IMG/VR virus record: IMGVR_UViG_3300031788_000002
Coordinates: 32,001 to 96,000 of that record
Direction: 5' to 3' (one strand)
Length of the DNA stretch: 64,000 nucleotides
Origin: a virus
Notes under the pieces: model-generated
Database searches by the model: none
What the model was told of the DNA's origin: nothing
The model's input: the letters and a program-made list of their open reading frames with translations, nothing else
Translations under genes and position numbers: made by a program
Shown here: piece after piece, positions 9,214 to 18,678 of the stretch
Position numbering within the stretch: the first letter of the stretch is position 1
Layout: each line of letters opens with the position of its first letter

Positions 9214-9720
9214 ATGCCGTTTGATAATACCCTTCGACCACTCTCCACGGCGTCAGCGACGGAATACGTCAATCGACTGCTCAAAAAAGGGTACTACCCC
9301 ATCAATAAGCTCCCAAGAGATTCCCTGTTGCGCATTCCTTGGGAGAATGGTCCTGTTGTGTCCCATGGGTTAACCACAGGGCTACCTAAGGTACAACGGG
9401 GGACAGTGGATAGGTACGACCTACCGGCGATCACGCACAACGGTGCGATGTGCGCTTGGGGACCTGTGGTCTACCCACTTCTTTGGAAGCAGCTCCGCGA
9501 ACACGCGAACGAAAAAGAGCCCTCGACGGAACTTCTGAAACGATTCGTGTTGGACATCGCGCGTATTGCGAACAGTGCGGCGCTACAGCGCACCCTTTTA
9601 CAGTCCTACATTATCGCGCATCTTCAAGAGAACAAGGATCGCGCCTTCTTGCGCGTAGCTATTGACAGCGCGCTCTGTTTGTTGTCGAAAGAAGAAAGTA
9701 GTGCTGCCCCACATCGATAA
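9214..9720 (+). CDS. hypothetical protein
   Basis: 168-aa ORF downstream of the GGTATAAG motif. Confidence 0.6.
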   Translation: MPFDNTLRPLSTASATEYVNRLLKKGYYPINKLPRDSLLRIPWENGPVVSHGLTTGLPKVQRGTVDRYDLPAITHNGAMCAWGPVVYPLLWKQLREHANEKEPSTELLKRFVLDIARIANSAALQRTLLQSYIIAHLQENKDRAFLRVAIDSALCLLSKEESSAAPHR

Positions 9721-9798
9721 ACAACTGTTGATCGGCCTGTTCATCATTTTGATGATCAGCATGCTCCGCACCTTGTCGTGCTGAGCTTTAGGAGCCCC

Positions 9799-10377
9799 AT
9801 GCCCGAAGAACCCACTGCAACGCCTTTCCTTGACAGTCTCACGGACCGTCGCGTCTTTCGCGTTTTCATCCCGGCGATCACCAAAGACCAGCTGAAAGAA
9901 AATCAGCCCTACGTCATCCGCATCGTTATCCCCAAGGGCGCCCAGTTCCTTGAAGTGATGCAGATCGAACCGGTGTCCGCGGGGCTGGGAGCTTTTTCAG
10001 GGAGCTCGACGACGGCGTACGCTTTTCTGTGCGACCACGATGTTAAGGAAACGGAGACGTTCTACACAACCAGTTGGTTCAGCGACCGACCGATGCCCTG
10101 GGCGTCCGGGCAATCAGCAAAGTACGTCGATGCAACGCCTTTTCCAAAGATTTGTTGCTCGCCTCTGAACACGACGTCGCACAGTGGTATTCCGCTGCTG
10201 CACCTGCGCGTATGCGTGGTCCCAACAGATTACAAAGCCTTCGAAGCTGAGTTGGTTACTGTGGGGTACGTCATCATCAACACGAAGCCCTACGACTCGG
10301 AATCGTTGCTCGCTTACTATCAAGCGCGAGCGAAGAGCGCGCCTTCTTCGCCAACTTCACCCCCTGCTGTAGGCTAA
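9799..10377 (+). CDS. hypothetical protein
   Basis: AGGAG RBS before ATG at 9799. Confidence 0.65.
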   Translation: MPEEPTATPFLDSLTDRRVFRVFIPAITKDQLKENQPYVIRIVIPKGAQFLEVMQIEPVSAGLGAFSGSSTTAYAFLCDHDVKETETFYTTSWFSDRPMPWASGQSAKYVDATPFPKICCSPLNTTSHSGIPLLHLRVCVVPTDYKAFEAELVTVGYVIINTKPYDSESLLAYYQARAKSAPSSPTSPPAVG

Positions 10378-10416
10378 TCGAACGCGCTTGAGCACCGCGT
10401 AATCGAGGAGCAATAC

Positions 10417-10695
10417 ATGAACGTGGCGAAGCCACCGATGCCTGCTGTGGCGTCGGACATGGACTCTTTTGTCTCTAGCGTCGACTTTGCTTACTTTCGC
10501 ACGACGCTGCTGCGTATGAAGGGGCGCTACCCGGCGATTTACGGGCACGTGGCCTACGTGGACCCGTATATCGACTATGTGCGCGTGGAAGCAGCAGTAC
10601 CCATTAGGACTACGGCGATGCTGGTAGCCTGGTCAGGGACGCAGGCAGCGTGCTACGAGAAGTGGGAAGGCTTTCTTCCGAAGGGAGATGCGTGA
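10417..10695 (+). CDS. hypothetical protein
   Basis: GAGGAG RBS. Confidence 0.6.
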   Translation: MNVAKPPMPAVASDMDSFVSSVDFAYFRTTLLRMKGRYPAIYGHVAYVDPYIDYVRVEAAVPIRTTAMLVAWSGTQAACYEKWEGFLPKGDA

Positions 10696-10916
10696 TGCCG
10701 CGGGTACTTTCGTTTCAAGCGTTGAGCGATTCTACAAAGGAGGAGGCTGGCTATCTCCTCGATAACCTGGTCGATGATATCGCGGCGCTTGCAGAAGACG
10801 TCGCCGAAAGAACGGCGATCCACAGGTACATGGTGGACAAGCTTCGGGAGCCCATTGAAGCCGACGACGATGAGGAAGCAGAGGCTAACGAGGAAGAGGA
10901 CGAAGTTTTGGCGTAG
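10695..10916 (+). CDS. small acidic protein
   Basis: GGGAG RBS, TGATG coupling, acidic tail. Confidence 0.6.
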   Translation: MPRVLSFQALSDSTKEEAGYLLDNLVDDIAALAEDVAERTAIHRYMVDKLREPIEADDDEEAEANEEEDEVLA

Positions 10917-11035
10917 CGGCCTTCCCGCTGTACGCCGTTTGTACCCGGTGCCCTCGGGCTTAAACGAGCAGATGCTCAGGCCGGGTAACTTTTAGCTGTC
11001 GCCCTTGCTCCGGCTACGCGGGCAAGGGCGATGAC
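10911..11035. other. cluster of stem-loops including a three-way junction; candidate structured RNA
   Basis: Hairpin 10911-10935; TACCCGG/CCGGGTA closing two short hairpins (10942-10988); long hairpin about 10998-11035. Confidence 0.35.
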
Positions 11036-11169
11036 CGCCTCAGGTTTGTTTTGTCACCGAAGCGCAACATCTTGGTGATGCCGCCCGTACTTGCTCTAGC
11101 CCTTCTTTTTTATTACGAGAAACTCCGGTCGGTGTACATTGTGCACCGAGCACACCCTCCAGGAGCTTC

Positions 11170-12282
11170 ATGAGCGAACAACACTTGCTGCATCCGGATG
11201 TTCATCGCCCGGCGTCTCAATGGAGTGAAGATCAGACGCTTCACTTGGCCGCTTGCTACAGCAATCCTTTTCGCTGGCGTGTACGCCGCGAGTTGGCCAA
11301 TGACTTCCGTCGGCATATTGCGCAGATGCCCAACGTTCGTCTGCACTTTATTGAACTGGCGTACGGGGATCGCCCGTTCGAAGTAACAAATCCAGCGCTC
11401 TACCCGGATGACATCCAGGTACGTACGCCCCATGAGCTGTGGCATAAAGAGAACATGCTCAATGTCGCCATCCAGCACTTCCCCCCAGATTGGAAGTATG
11501 GCGGCTACCTCGATGCCGACGTGCAATGCACCCGTTACGACTTTGCGCTGGAGGCCATTCATCAGCTGCAGCACTACGAGTGGGCGCAACTTTTCTCGAG
11601 CTACACAAATCTCTCGGGTAAAACGATTCCAGGGCGGGGGCATCAGCGCATTGGGGAAACCTATGGCTTTGCCTACTTGTACTCAGAGTCCATCGACTTG
11701 ATGCTGCATTCTTCTAAAAAGACGCAGCTTGAAAGTGGTTTCGCCGCTCAGCCTGGTGTTCACATGCGTGGCCGACGTATGGGGGGTAACCCGGGTTTGG
11801 GTTGGGCCTTTCGCCGAAGTGCCTTCGATGCTGTAGGCGGTCTTCTCGACCGTTGCATTCTAGGTAGTGGCGACGGTTTCATGGCTTTTGGCCTTGCGGG
11901 AACTTACGACGAGTTGAAGAAGTATGGCGTGCCCCTCAACATGCGGCATTGGAGCGAAGTTCGCAACATTACGTTGTACACCGAGGCGTACCGTAGTGCG
12001 ATCTATGCGTGGCAGGAGCGTGCGGCGCGCTTAACCCGTAACATTGGGTACGTTGATCAGCACGTGATCCACCACTATCACGGACCCAAGGATCGCCGCG
12101 GATACACCACGCGCGATGCAATCCTCATCGAGGAGAAATACGATCCGATGCGCGACGTATACCCTGATTATCAGGGTATTCTTCAGCTATCTCCGGACAA
12201 GCCCCGTTTGCGAGATCGCATTCGTGCGTACTTCCTCTCTCGTGTTGAAGATCTGCCACACATCCCTTCCGACCTCGTCTGA
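11170..12282 (+). CDS. glycosyltransferase-like protein (GT-A fold)
   Basis: AGGAG RBS; WHKENMLN, DAD (DxD), GLGWAFRR, GSGD and HxYHG motifs. Confidence 0.7.
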   Translation: MSEQHLLHPDVHRPASQWSEDQTLHLAACYSNPFRWRVRRELANDFRRHIAQMPNVRLHFIELAYGDRPFEVTNPALYPDDIQVRTPHELWHKENMLNVAIQHFPPDWKYGGYLDADVQCTRYDFALEAIHQLQHYEWAQLFSSYTNLSGKTIPGRGHQRIGETYGFAYLYSESIDLMLHSSKKTQLESGFAAQPGVHMRGRRMGGNPGLGWAFRRSAFDAVGGLLDRCILGSGDGFMAFGLAGTYDELKKYGVPLNMRHWSEVRNITLYTEAYRSAIYAWQERAARLTRNIGYVDQHVIHHYHGPKDRRGYTTRDAILIEEKYDPMRDVYPDYQGILQLSPDKPRLRDRIRAYFLSRVEDLPHIPSDLV

Positions 12283-12344
12283 TTCTTTTAGCCCGCGATT
12301 TCGCGGTAGACTTCCCGCACAACGTTTTGTGTCGAGGAGGTCTT

Positions 12345-13376
12345 ATGGCCGCAGGTTCTGGTGTCTTCAGTACAGCACGACCGAAAAACGCGAATTTGGT
12401 GTACGCCGGTAAAGGAGGGATCGGCGGTGAGGTCGGCGAGCTTCGCCAGGACGTGGACAATGCCCTGTCCCCGCTGGCCGCGATCACGGTGGAAGAGTTC
12501 ATCAATCCGGTGGCGCCGTCGCCCACCGCCCTGATGGCCGCGACGGCGTCATCGACCACGGCGCTGTCCTTCACCAAGTTGGCGGGGAGCTTCACCCTGG
12601 CGACCTTGGCGAGCATGGCCACGGCTCCGCGGCAGGTGCAGCTCACGACGGGGGGAACGACGCCTGCCAATCAGCCGGCGACGTTGGTGTTGAAGGGGCT
12701 CGATGAGCGGGGTAAGCCGCAGAGCGAAACGATCAATCTCCTGCAGACCGCGGGCAACGTGCTGAGCAAGTACTTCTACACCGAGCTCGATGCTGCTCTC
12801 CCGGCGGCAGGGCTCGGTGCGGGGGCTACCCTGGCCCTTGGCGTTGGTAGCAAGTTGGGCCTCTCGCGCAAGGTCAAGACGCGCGCGGGGCGCGTCGCGG
12901 TGCTGCAAGAGGTTGCGCTTGGCGCAGTCGTGACTTCGGGCGTGGTGGTGGCGGAATCCACCGGCGCGGCGGCCACCGAGACCGGGCTGGGTGACCTGAC
13001 CAACGCAGCCACCATCGCCGCATTGAACGGGCAGACGCTGATCTTCAGCTTGGACAAGCAAGAGTTCAAGGCCGTGCAGTTCAATGAGCCTGCGAACGAA
13101 GCCGCGGTGGTTACGCAGATCAACGCGGTGTTTGGGGTGACCGTGGCGGCGGTGGGCGGCGTGGGCAACAAGTTCCTCGTACTGACCAGTACCACGCAGG
13201 GCATTGATAGTCAGATCGACATTTCAGCTGAGAGCACGGCGTTGGTACTCCTTGGCTTTGTACCCGGCCTCATCACGGGATCGGGCAATGGTACCTACGG
13301 GTCGTACACTCCTTCGGCGGCACTCAACGGCGCCAATGACTACGCCGTGACGTACGAGTTCGATCCCACCGTCTAA
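12345..13376 (+). CDS. virion structural / decoration protein
   Basis: GAGGAGG RBS; Ala/Gly/Thr/Val-rich beta-type sequence; stand-alone gene followed by a hairpin. Confidence 0.6.
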   Translation: MAAGSGVFSTARPKNANLVYAGKGGIGGEVGELRQDVDNALSPLAAITVEEFINPVAPSPTALMAATASSTTALSFTKLAGSFTLATLASMATAPRQVQLTTGGTTPANQPATLVLKGLDERGKPQSETINLLQTAGNVLSKYFYTELDAALPAAGLGAGATLALGVGSKLGLSRKVKTRAGRVAVLQEVALGAVVTSGVVVAESTGAAATETGLGDLTNAATIAALNGQTLIFSLDKQEFKAVQFNEPANEAAVVTQINAVFGVTVAAVGGVGNKFLVLTSTTQGIDSQIDISAESTALVLLGFVPGLITGSGNGTYGSYTPSAALNGANDYAVTYEFDPTV

Positions 13377-13432
13377 TCCCGCACTAAGCGAAGAAGGGAC
13401 ATGCCCCTCCCACGAAGGAGAGGGGCTGCCTT

Positions 13433-14026
13433 TCAGGTCATGGCGGTTCCCGCCCAAATGCCGACGTCAACCCAGTTCGTCGTGCATTCCGTAACGGCGC
13501 GCAGTTCGTCGTTGCTGAGATTGGGTGCGTCTTGCCAAAGCAGGGCCACGCAATCCAGTGACGTGTGATGCCTCTTCCAGCGTGCGACGGGCTCGAAACG
13601 GTCATCTACGAACACGTGGCCGAAGACCAGGTGCTTGTCGGCGGTAAAGTGCACGCGGGAGGCGGCATCGCGTCCGAAGAGCTCGCGCAGCCACTCCCGC
13701 CGGTCGTAATCCCAGGTGGGGGATGTATACGGCGACGACGTGATGAAGTGAACCTCGTTGCCGCGCAAAAGCTTTTGTACCCCTTCGATGGCACCCGGCA
13801 GCGGCTTCATGGATGCGGCGCGTCCAGGCTCGTTGATCAACGTCCATGTAGCGCGCATCTGTTCGTCCGTAAGCTTCAGCGCACTTTTGTAGTCGTAAGA
13901 GCTGACCAGCCCGAGATCGTTTCGCGTGAAAGTTGTACCGTTGGCTTGGTTGCAGCAATCCACGTACAGCTGCCGAAAGTCGGCGATGACGCCGTCTACA
14001 TCCAGAAGAATAATTGGTTGGCTCAT
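13433..14026 (-). CDS. HAD-family 5'(3')-deoxyribonucleotidase
   Basis: DVDGVIADF motif I, PLPGAIE, ITSS, DK...FVDD. Confidence 0.88.
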   Translation of the reverse strand: MSQPIILLDVDGVIADFRQLYVDCCNQANGTTFTRNDLGLVSSYDYKSALKLTDEQMRATWTLINEPGRAASMKPLPGAIEGVQKLLRGNEVHFITSSPYTSPTWDYDRREWLRELFGRDAASRVHFTADKHLVFGHVFVDDRFEPVARWKRHHTSLDCVALLWQDAPNLSNDELRAVTECTTNWVDVGIWAGTAMT

Positions 14027-14262
14027 TTAAGTTCCGTGGCCAGGTTGCTCAGCGTGTCGACGCTGAAGCGCCGCCCGTTGATTGTAACGGTAAGAACCCA
14101 AACCGATTCTTTGAAGTATTCCTTCTGCACATGCTTCGCGTAGGTCAACGCGCGCTGCTCGATGCTTGCATTTTTGCTGTGTACGACATCGAAAGGAAAG
14201 GCGTTGATGACCCATTCGGCGACAACAACCTCGTCCTGCTCTTCGCTATTCTGTGTTGACAT
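14023..14262 (-). CDS. hypothetical protein
   Basis: Start MSTQNSEE; overlaps the nucleotidase start. Confidence 0.55.
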   Translation of the reverse strand: MSTQNSEEQDEVVVAEWVINAFPFDVVHSKNASIEQRALTYAKHVQKEYFKESVWVLTVTINGRRFSVDTLSNLATELK

Positions 14263-14269
14263 AGGGCTC

Positions 14270-14587
14270 TTAACGGTAGAAGCGAACCTTGGGGAACAGC
14301 TTTCGGATCTTTTCTTTGGCGTCTTCCCGCGTAAACGCGCGCAAGTTATCGTCGATGGTTCCTTCGTCGTTGGCGTACCAGTACAAGGGGGCGCCCAGCC
14401 CCCAGTAGGTTCCGCGCTTGTCGTAGCCGCCACTGTTGAGGTAGACGCGCTGCAAGACGAGCTTGCCCGCGTAATCCTTGGGTTCCGCTCGAAGGCCCGT
14501 GCGGCCGTACGCAGCGCCGCGTTGTGGGTCGCCGCCCCAACCACGTGGGTCACGTGTTGAGTAGCTTGGGGCCACGCTTCTTTCCAC
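14270..14587 (-). CDS. phage hypothetical protein
   Basis: GGYDxxGxYWGxGxPLYW motif, familiar from phage hypothetical proteins. Confidence 0.65.
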   Translation of the reverse strand: MERSVAPSYSTRDPRGWGGDPQRGAAYGRTGLRAEPKDYAGKLVLQRVYLNSGGYDKRGTYWGLGAPLYWYANDEGTIDDNLRAFTREDAKEKIRKLFPKVRFYR

Positions 14588-14897
14588 AGCGCTGTTGCGC
14601 GCGTATGTTGTTCTGCACGTCTGCTTCCATTTGCTTCGCCGCCTTCGGCCCGCGTTGTGTTGCGCGTTGGATGTATTGATCGTTGCTTTCTGTCAACGCC
14701 CGGAGAGGATCTTCCTCTTCTTCATGAAGCCGACGAAGAAGGCAGCGCAATACGTCCAAATGCAGTTCGAGCCCATGGCGCGCCGGCCCCTTGACGTCTG
14801 CTGTGCGCCTCGTGTCGATAAGGATGCCAACACTTGTGGTGACGCCGGCGGCACAGCAGCGCAAAACGTCTGATTCCTTTGGCGTGGGATTTCGCAT
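14550..14897 (-). CDS. hypothetical protein
   Basis: AGGAAG RBS; similar to the upstream gene. Confidence 0.55.
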   Translation of the reverse strand: MRNPTPKESDVLRCCAAGVTTSVGILIDTRRTADVKGPARHGLELHLDVLRCLLRRLHEEEEDPLRALTESNDQYIQRATQRGPKAAKQMEADVQNNIRAQQRCGKKRGPKLLNT

Positions 14898-15082
14898 GTT
14901 TCTTCCTGTTCTGTCTTCAAACGGTCAATAACCTGGTGCAGAACACGCAGATTTAATTCGAAGGCATCGATGGTGTGACATCGCAATGCAGGGTTTTCGT
15001 GGAACAGCGTTGGTGTCTTTCGCAGTAAAGCGCGTAGGGAAAGAACAAGAAGCCATACTTCGTCGTTTGTAGGTTTTCGCAT
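14693..15082 (-). CDS. hypothetical protein (3' end overlaps the next gene)
   Basis: GGAGG RBS before MRKPTNDE. Confidence 0.45.
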   Translation of the reverse strand: MRKPTNDEVWLLVLSLRALLRKTPTLFHENPALRCHTIDAFELNLRVLHQVIDRLKTEQEETCEIPRQRNQTFCAAVPPASPQVLASLSTRGAQQTSRGRRAMGSNCIWTYCAAFFVGFMKKRKILSGR

Positions 15083-15108
15083 GACGCGCCTCCGGCGCAT
15101 GCATCTGG

Positions 15109-15693
15109 GTGAACCTCGAAAGGCGTGCTACAAAGCGCGCAATGGCAATGACAGCGAAAGCAATTCTCGCTCTTCTCTTGGCGCTACCACGCTACAGCGC
15201 CGATACCGAGACCGCCGAGCAGCGCACCAAGCGCCTCGAAACCGTGGCGACGTCCATCAACGTGGTCAGCGAAAGCGCCACGTGTTCCGGGCGCTACGAG
15301 GGAAAGGAAGGGTGCAAGCGCTTCTGGCCCTTGAGTGCCAAGGCGCTTCAGCGCTTGCTCATCACGGAGGGTTTTTTCGAAACGGGGTTTGCTCAGCGCG
15401 TGCACGAGGGGCATTGCTTGAAGCATGAGTGCGACGGGGGGCGCGCTCGAGGCCCTTGGCAGCTCCAGCGCAACGGCCTCATGCCCATCGAAGCCTGGGA
15501 GAAGATGACGGATGCCGGCGAAGAGAGTACGCGCGTGGGCGCCTTCTACGCCGCACGTAAGCTCGCTCAGGATTTCAACGCGTGCCAAAGCATGGAAGGT
15601 GCCATCGCGCGGTACGCTACAGGGAGCTCCTGTACTTGGTCAGGCGCCCCCGCACGCGTGCGCTTTTTTGAGCGCTTGATGGCTAAGGACTAG
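15109..15693 (+). CDS. lytic transglycosylase/lysozyme-like protein
   Basis: Hydrophobic N-terminus; ETGF (catalytic-Glu-like), GPWQL (GLMQL-like) and ARYATG. True start may be 15142 or 15148. Confidence 0.65.
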   Translation: MNLERRATKRAMAMTAKAILALLLALPRYSADTETAEQRTKRLETVATSINVVSESATCSGRYEGKEGCKRFWPLSAKALQRLLITEGFFETGFAQRVHEGHCLKHECDGGRARGPWQLQRNGLMPIEAWEKMTDAGEESTRVGAFYAARKLAQDFNACQSMEGAIARYATGSSCTWSGAPARVRFFERLMAKD

Positions 15694-15698
15694 CCTGA

Positions 15699-16052
15699 TT
15701 ACTCCGTGGAACGCAAGCGTTCATCCCAACAGCAAGCGTCTCCAACCCAGGCTTTTTGATGCCGGTGAGCAGTTTCTTTCGGAACGAGCGCGCGGCAGAA
15801 TCGGCAGCGTACGCGCTTGTGTACCGTAGGCGCATGACCGCACTGCGCATGCAATTCCCGTAAGCGAGTGCGAATGTTGCCTTCTTCTCGTTGCAGCGCC
15901 ACGCCATCATCAGCATCTTTTGCTTGTACATAGCGGTCGATGTCTCCCGCTAGGTAGATGAGCGTGGTGAGCAGGTCCTGAAGATCGCGATCCGCTCTGT
16001 TCTTGTAATTGAAGAGCGCATCTGGCAGACGCGCGTCAATGGACGAAGTCAT
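15699..16052 (-). CDS. hypothetical protein with C-terminal Zn-finger
   Basis: ATGA coupling; CRFC...CCWDERLR. Confidence 0.6.
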   Translation of the reverse strand: MTSSIDARLPDALFNYKNRADRDLQDLLTTLIYLAGDIDRYVQAKDADDGVALQREEGNIRTRLRELHAQCGHAPTVHKRVRCRFCRALVPKETAHRHQKAWVGDACCWDERLRSTE

Positions 16053-16558
16053 GTGGGTACTCGGCGGCGCCCCGGAGGTATGGGCATCGTGGGGTTGGTT
16101 TCGCTGGGCGCGTGGGTCGCGCACAAATCACGGTTCGGGCCCGCCGGGCGGGCACAGCGTAAACACATGGGCCGGTCACAGGTTGTACCGGGGGTTTTAC
16201 CCGGCCCATCGCAGAGCTTGGTGCTAGAGGCTTGGCAGCGGTAGCAGGGCGCCTTCTTGCGGCCACAGATGAAGGTCGCAAGGGGTTCCGCCGTGGGGGG
16301 TCCTGCGGGCGGTGGAGCAGGATATTCGGACGTGCCCAGCAAAAAGTCGAGGGACGCCCCAAGGGCTTTGGCGAGACGGCGCGCGAAGTGAAACGAGGGC
16401 TCCACCTGACCCTTCTCAACCTTTTCGAGGTAAGTGGCGGTAATGGGCGTGATGCCCGTATTACGCATATTTTGGGCAAGGAGGGTCTGTGTCCATCCTT
16501 TTTCCTCGCGGATCGCTTTGACGCGAAGCCCGAAAGAGGGCTGCATCGCTTTGACCAT
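16049..16558 (-). CDS. XRE-family HTH regulator fused to a Cys-rich Zn-finger
   Basis: IREEKGWTQTLLA...YLEKVEKG...LAKALG..LDFLLG; C-terminal CYRC, LCD, CDRPMCLRC, LCATH. Confidence 0.85.
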   Translation of the reverse strand: MVKAMQPSFGLRVKAIREEKGWTQTLLAQNMRNTGITPITATYLEKVEKGQVEPSFHFARRLAKALGASLDFLLGTSEYPAPPPAGPPTAEPLATFICGRKKAPCYRCQASSTKLCDGPGKTPGTTCDRPMCLRCARPAGPNRDLCATHAPSETNPTMPIPPGRRRVPT

Positions 16559-16607
16559 TATGCTTCTCCAGCGTTAAAAGGCGACCCGTGAAGGCCGCCT
16601 GTAAAGG

Positions 16608-17075
16608 TCACGCTTTAGGCGGACCGTCGTCGGGTACGCGCGTGTTGACCCCGTATAGGGCCTCTTGCGCCCGTGCTTCCAGCCCAGGAATGGCAATCAG
16701 CCGGGCATCATACAAGGCCGCCGCAAGGCGAAGAAAGACCAACATGCGTGGGTCGGGGGCGTCGTCGCAGGAGCGCACGGTGTTGATCAGTTGGATCGCC
16801 GCATCCACATAGCTGTCCGCGAAAAGACGGGGCAGGGTGTGAAGAAGGATGCCGTGCAGCTCGGCTTTGTCGTCCTCCGAAATTTCGTCCTCGAAGTCAT
16901 CCACAGCATGGATGATTTCGTTGAGGTGCTGCGCGGTGGTCTCCCGCAGTTGGTGGAACAGGTCCATCTGCGCCTTGTTCAAACACGCCAGATGAAAAGC
17001 CATCAAGACTTTCAGGTCGTGGTCTTTCAAGTCTTTGAGCAACTTCTGCTTCAGATCGTCTTCACTGATGGTCAT
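16608..17075 (-). CDS. hypothetical helical protein
   Basis: Start MTISEDDLK at 17075. Confidence 0.6.
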   Translation of the reverse strand: MTISEDDLKQKLLKDLKDHDLKVLMAFHLACLNKAQMDLFHQLRETTAQHLNEIIHAVDDFEDEISEDDKAELHGILLHTLPRLFADSYVDAAIQLINTVRSCDDAPDPRMLVFLRLAAALYDARLIAIPGLEARAQEALYGVNTRVPDDGPPKA

Positions 17076-17121
17076 GGTTTCTCTTTGAGTAAGCGGCGCG
17101 CTGAAGCGCGCCGTGCAGGTT

Positions 17122-18228
17122 TCAGGTTCCGGGTTCACGAATGTCGCCGCCGGTAGCGCAGCAGGGTTTTCCGTCTTCTGTCCAGCCGGTATACCGAACA
17201 GTGAGCTGTTTTCCGATGAGTGCGGGTGCTTCGATGAGCATCCGCCGACGTTTATCCGCGGTCCCTCGTGGAACCACTTCGAAGGGCGCTCCGTTCTTGG
17301 TCTTACAGGTGAAGACCGGCATATCGAGAAACTTGCCCTTGCCGACCGTGTAGCCAACGATCGGAAACTCTGCATCCTCGAAGGCTTTGAACTTGAGCAG
17401 ATCCGGGCTTCGAAAACCGTACCGGTAGGTGCCCTCATTCAAGCGCACGATGCCACCTTCGTAGCCCTCGGCCACAAGCCGATCATGGTGGGCCTGGACG
17501 TCGTTCGGTGAATGGACAGTCCATGTCGGAACACATTTGATGGGGCCGTCCGTATGGGTTTCGAGAAAGGCCGAGAGCCAGACGCAGCGCGTTGACCACG
17601 GCACACTGCTATCGGGGGGCCACGTGGCATCGTAGGCATGGTACTCAATCAGTACCGACTCCGGTTGGGGCTTGCGCACCAACGAGTTAATGCGCTCGAG
17701 GCTCATGCCGTGCGTGTACAGCTCGCCGTCAAGCGTCGTGTGCACAGGTAAAAACGTGCTTAGGGCGTTTGCAATGTGGACCACGCTGTAGGGATCGCCG
17801 CCTCTGGATTGAAGGCGTACGCTGCCGTTGCTCCAATAAGAAAGGCAGCGCAACCCGTTGTACTTGGGCTGCATCGTCGCCGGCCATACGATCCTCTTAA
17901 CGCGATCCTTGAAGTTCAGCGCCAACATAGGCTTGAGCAGGAAGCTCAGCTCCCGCGTCTGGTTGTACTTCTTTTTGCACTGCTTCTTCCACTTCGCGAT
18001 GGCTTCAAACCGTGCTTGTTCCTCCGCCGTCGTGGCGTTGACGCGTCCCACATTCTTGGGAACGCAGCGAAAGCGCGCTTCTTGCTGTTGCCCCTCCTCT
18101 AAACCCCAGCGTACGCAGACATCCGGACCTTCGACCCAGCACAGCCACGTGTTGGTCGTTCCCGTCGCCGTCTTTGCGTAAAGGAGGGGAAGGGGGCTGT
18201 TCCCCTTCCAATTATCAATGTCGTCCAT
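17122..18228 (-). CDS. lig: ATP-dependent DNA ligase
   Basis: PMLA; motif I QPKYNGLR; III LDGELY; IIIa YD; IV EGGIVR; V LLKFK; OB fold with LTVRY. Confidence 0.92.
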   Translation of the reverse strand: MDDIDNWKGNSPLPLLYAKTATGTTNTWLCWVEGPDVCVRWGLEEGQQQEARFRCVPKNVGRVNATTAEEQARFEAIAKWKKQCKKKYNQTRELSFLLKPMLALNFKDRVKRIVWPATMQPKYNGLRCLSYWSNGSVRLQSRGGDPYSVVHIANALSTFLPVHTTLDGELYTHGMSLERINSLVRKPQPESVLIEYHAYDATWPPDSSVPWSTRCVWLSAFLETHTDGPIKCVPTWTVHSPNDVQAHHDRLVAEGYEGGIVRLNEGTYRYGFRSPDLLKFKAFEDAEFPIVGYTVGKGKFLDMPVFTCKTKNGAPFEVVPRGTADKRRRMLIEAPALIGKQLTVRYTGWTEDGKPCCATGGDIREPGT

Positions 18229-18245
18229 CGTAAGTCTCCGTAATA

Positions 18246-18272
18246 GTTATGCCAAAAAGTATCTGATGTTTC
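18246..18272 (-). promoter_or_regulatory. GAAA-N15-GGCATAAC putative promoter
   Basis: The same bipartite motif occurs at 9159(+), 47052(-) and 62196(-). Confidence 0.5.
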
Positions 18273-18336
18273 ACGTGTTAGACGGCGCTCAGTACCGTTG
18301 TGCCCTAAATCCGTGCGATGTTGCTAGACTGAAGCC

Positions 18337-18678
18337 GTGGCCTCCGACAAGGACAAAAGCGAAGAACGCGCGCAGCAAACAGCGCAGATGAAAATGCGCT
18401 CGGCGATCAACGATGCCTACGCCGCGCTTCAAGGAGATGCGGCCACACAATCCTTCGTGGCATTTACTTTTGAAGAAGCCGTGGACAGCCAGATCGAACG
18501 CATTTCGGGAACCAGTACGCGCTTGCGGCCCAATGAGCTGGATCGCGTGACCGCGATTCAGAACAATTTAACCCAAGCCATTCAAGTCATTAAGCAGTCG
18601 CCCCCGTCGGCCTTCATGGCCCCCGATCCGACGCGGGACGTCAATACACCCGTTACCCCTACAGGGAGTGGATCATGA
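18337..18678 (+). CDS. hypothetical protein (probably virion-associated)
   Basis: Leaderless GTG 6 nt after TGC-TAGACT. Confidence 0.7.
   Translation: MASDKDKSEERAQQTAQMKMRSAINDAYAALQGDAATQSFVAFTFEEAVDSQIERISGTSTRLRPNELDRVTAIQNNLTQAIQVIKQSPPSAFMAPDPTRDVNTPVTPTGSGS

Noticed and set aside
10947-10964. GGTGCCCTCGGGCTTAAA resembles the 5' part of a cobalamin riboswitch; hammerhead also considered
   Set aside because: The following AGGGAA and the B12 box are missing; there is no CUGANGA/GAAA core on either strand.
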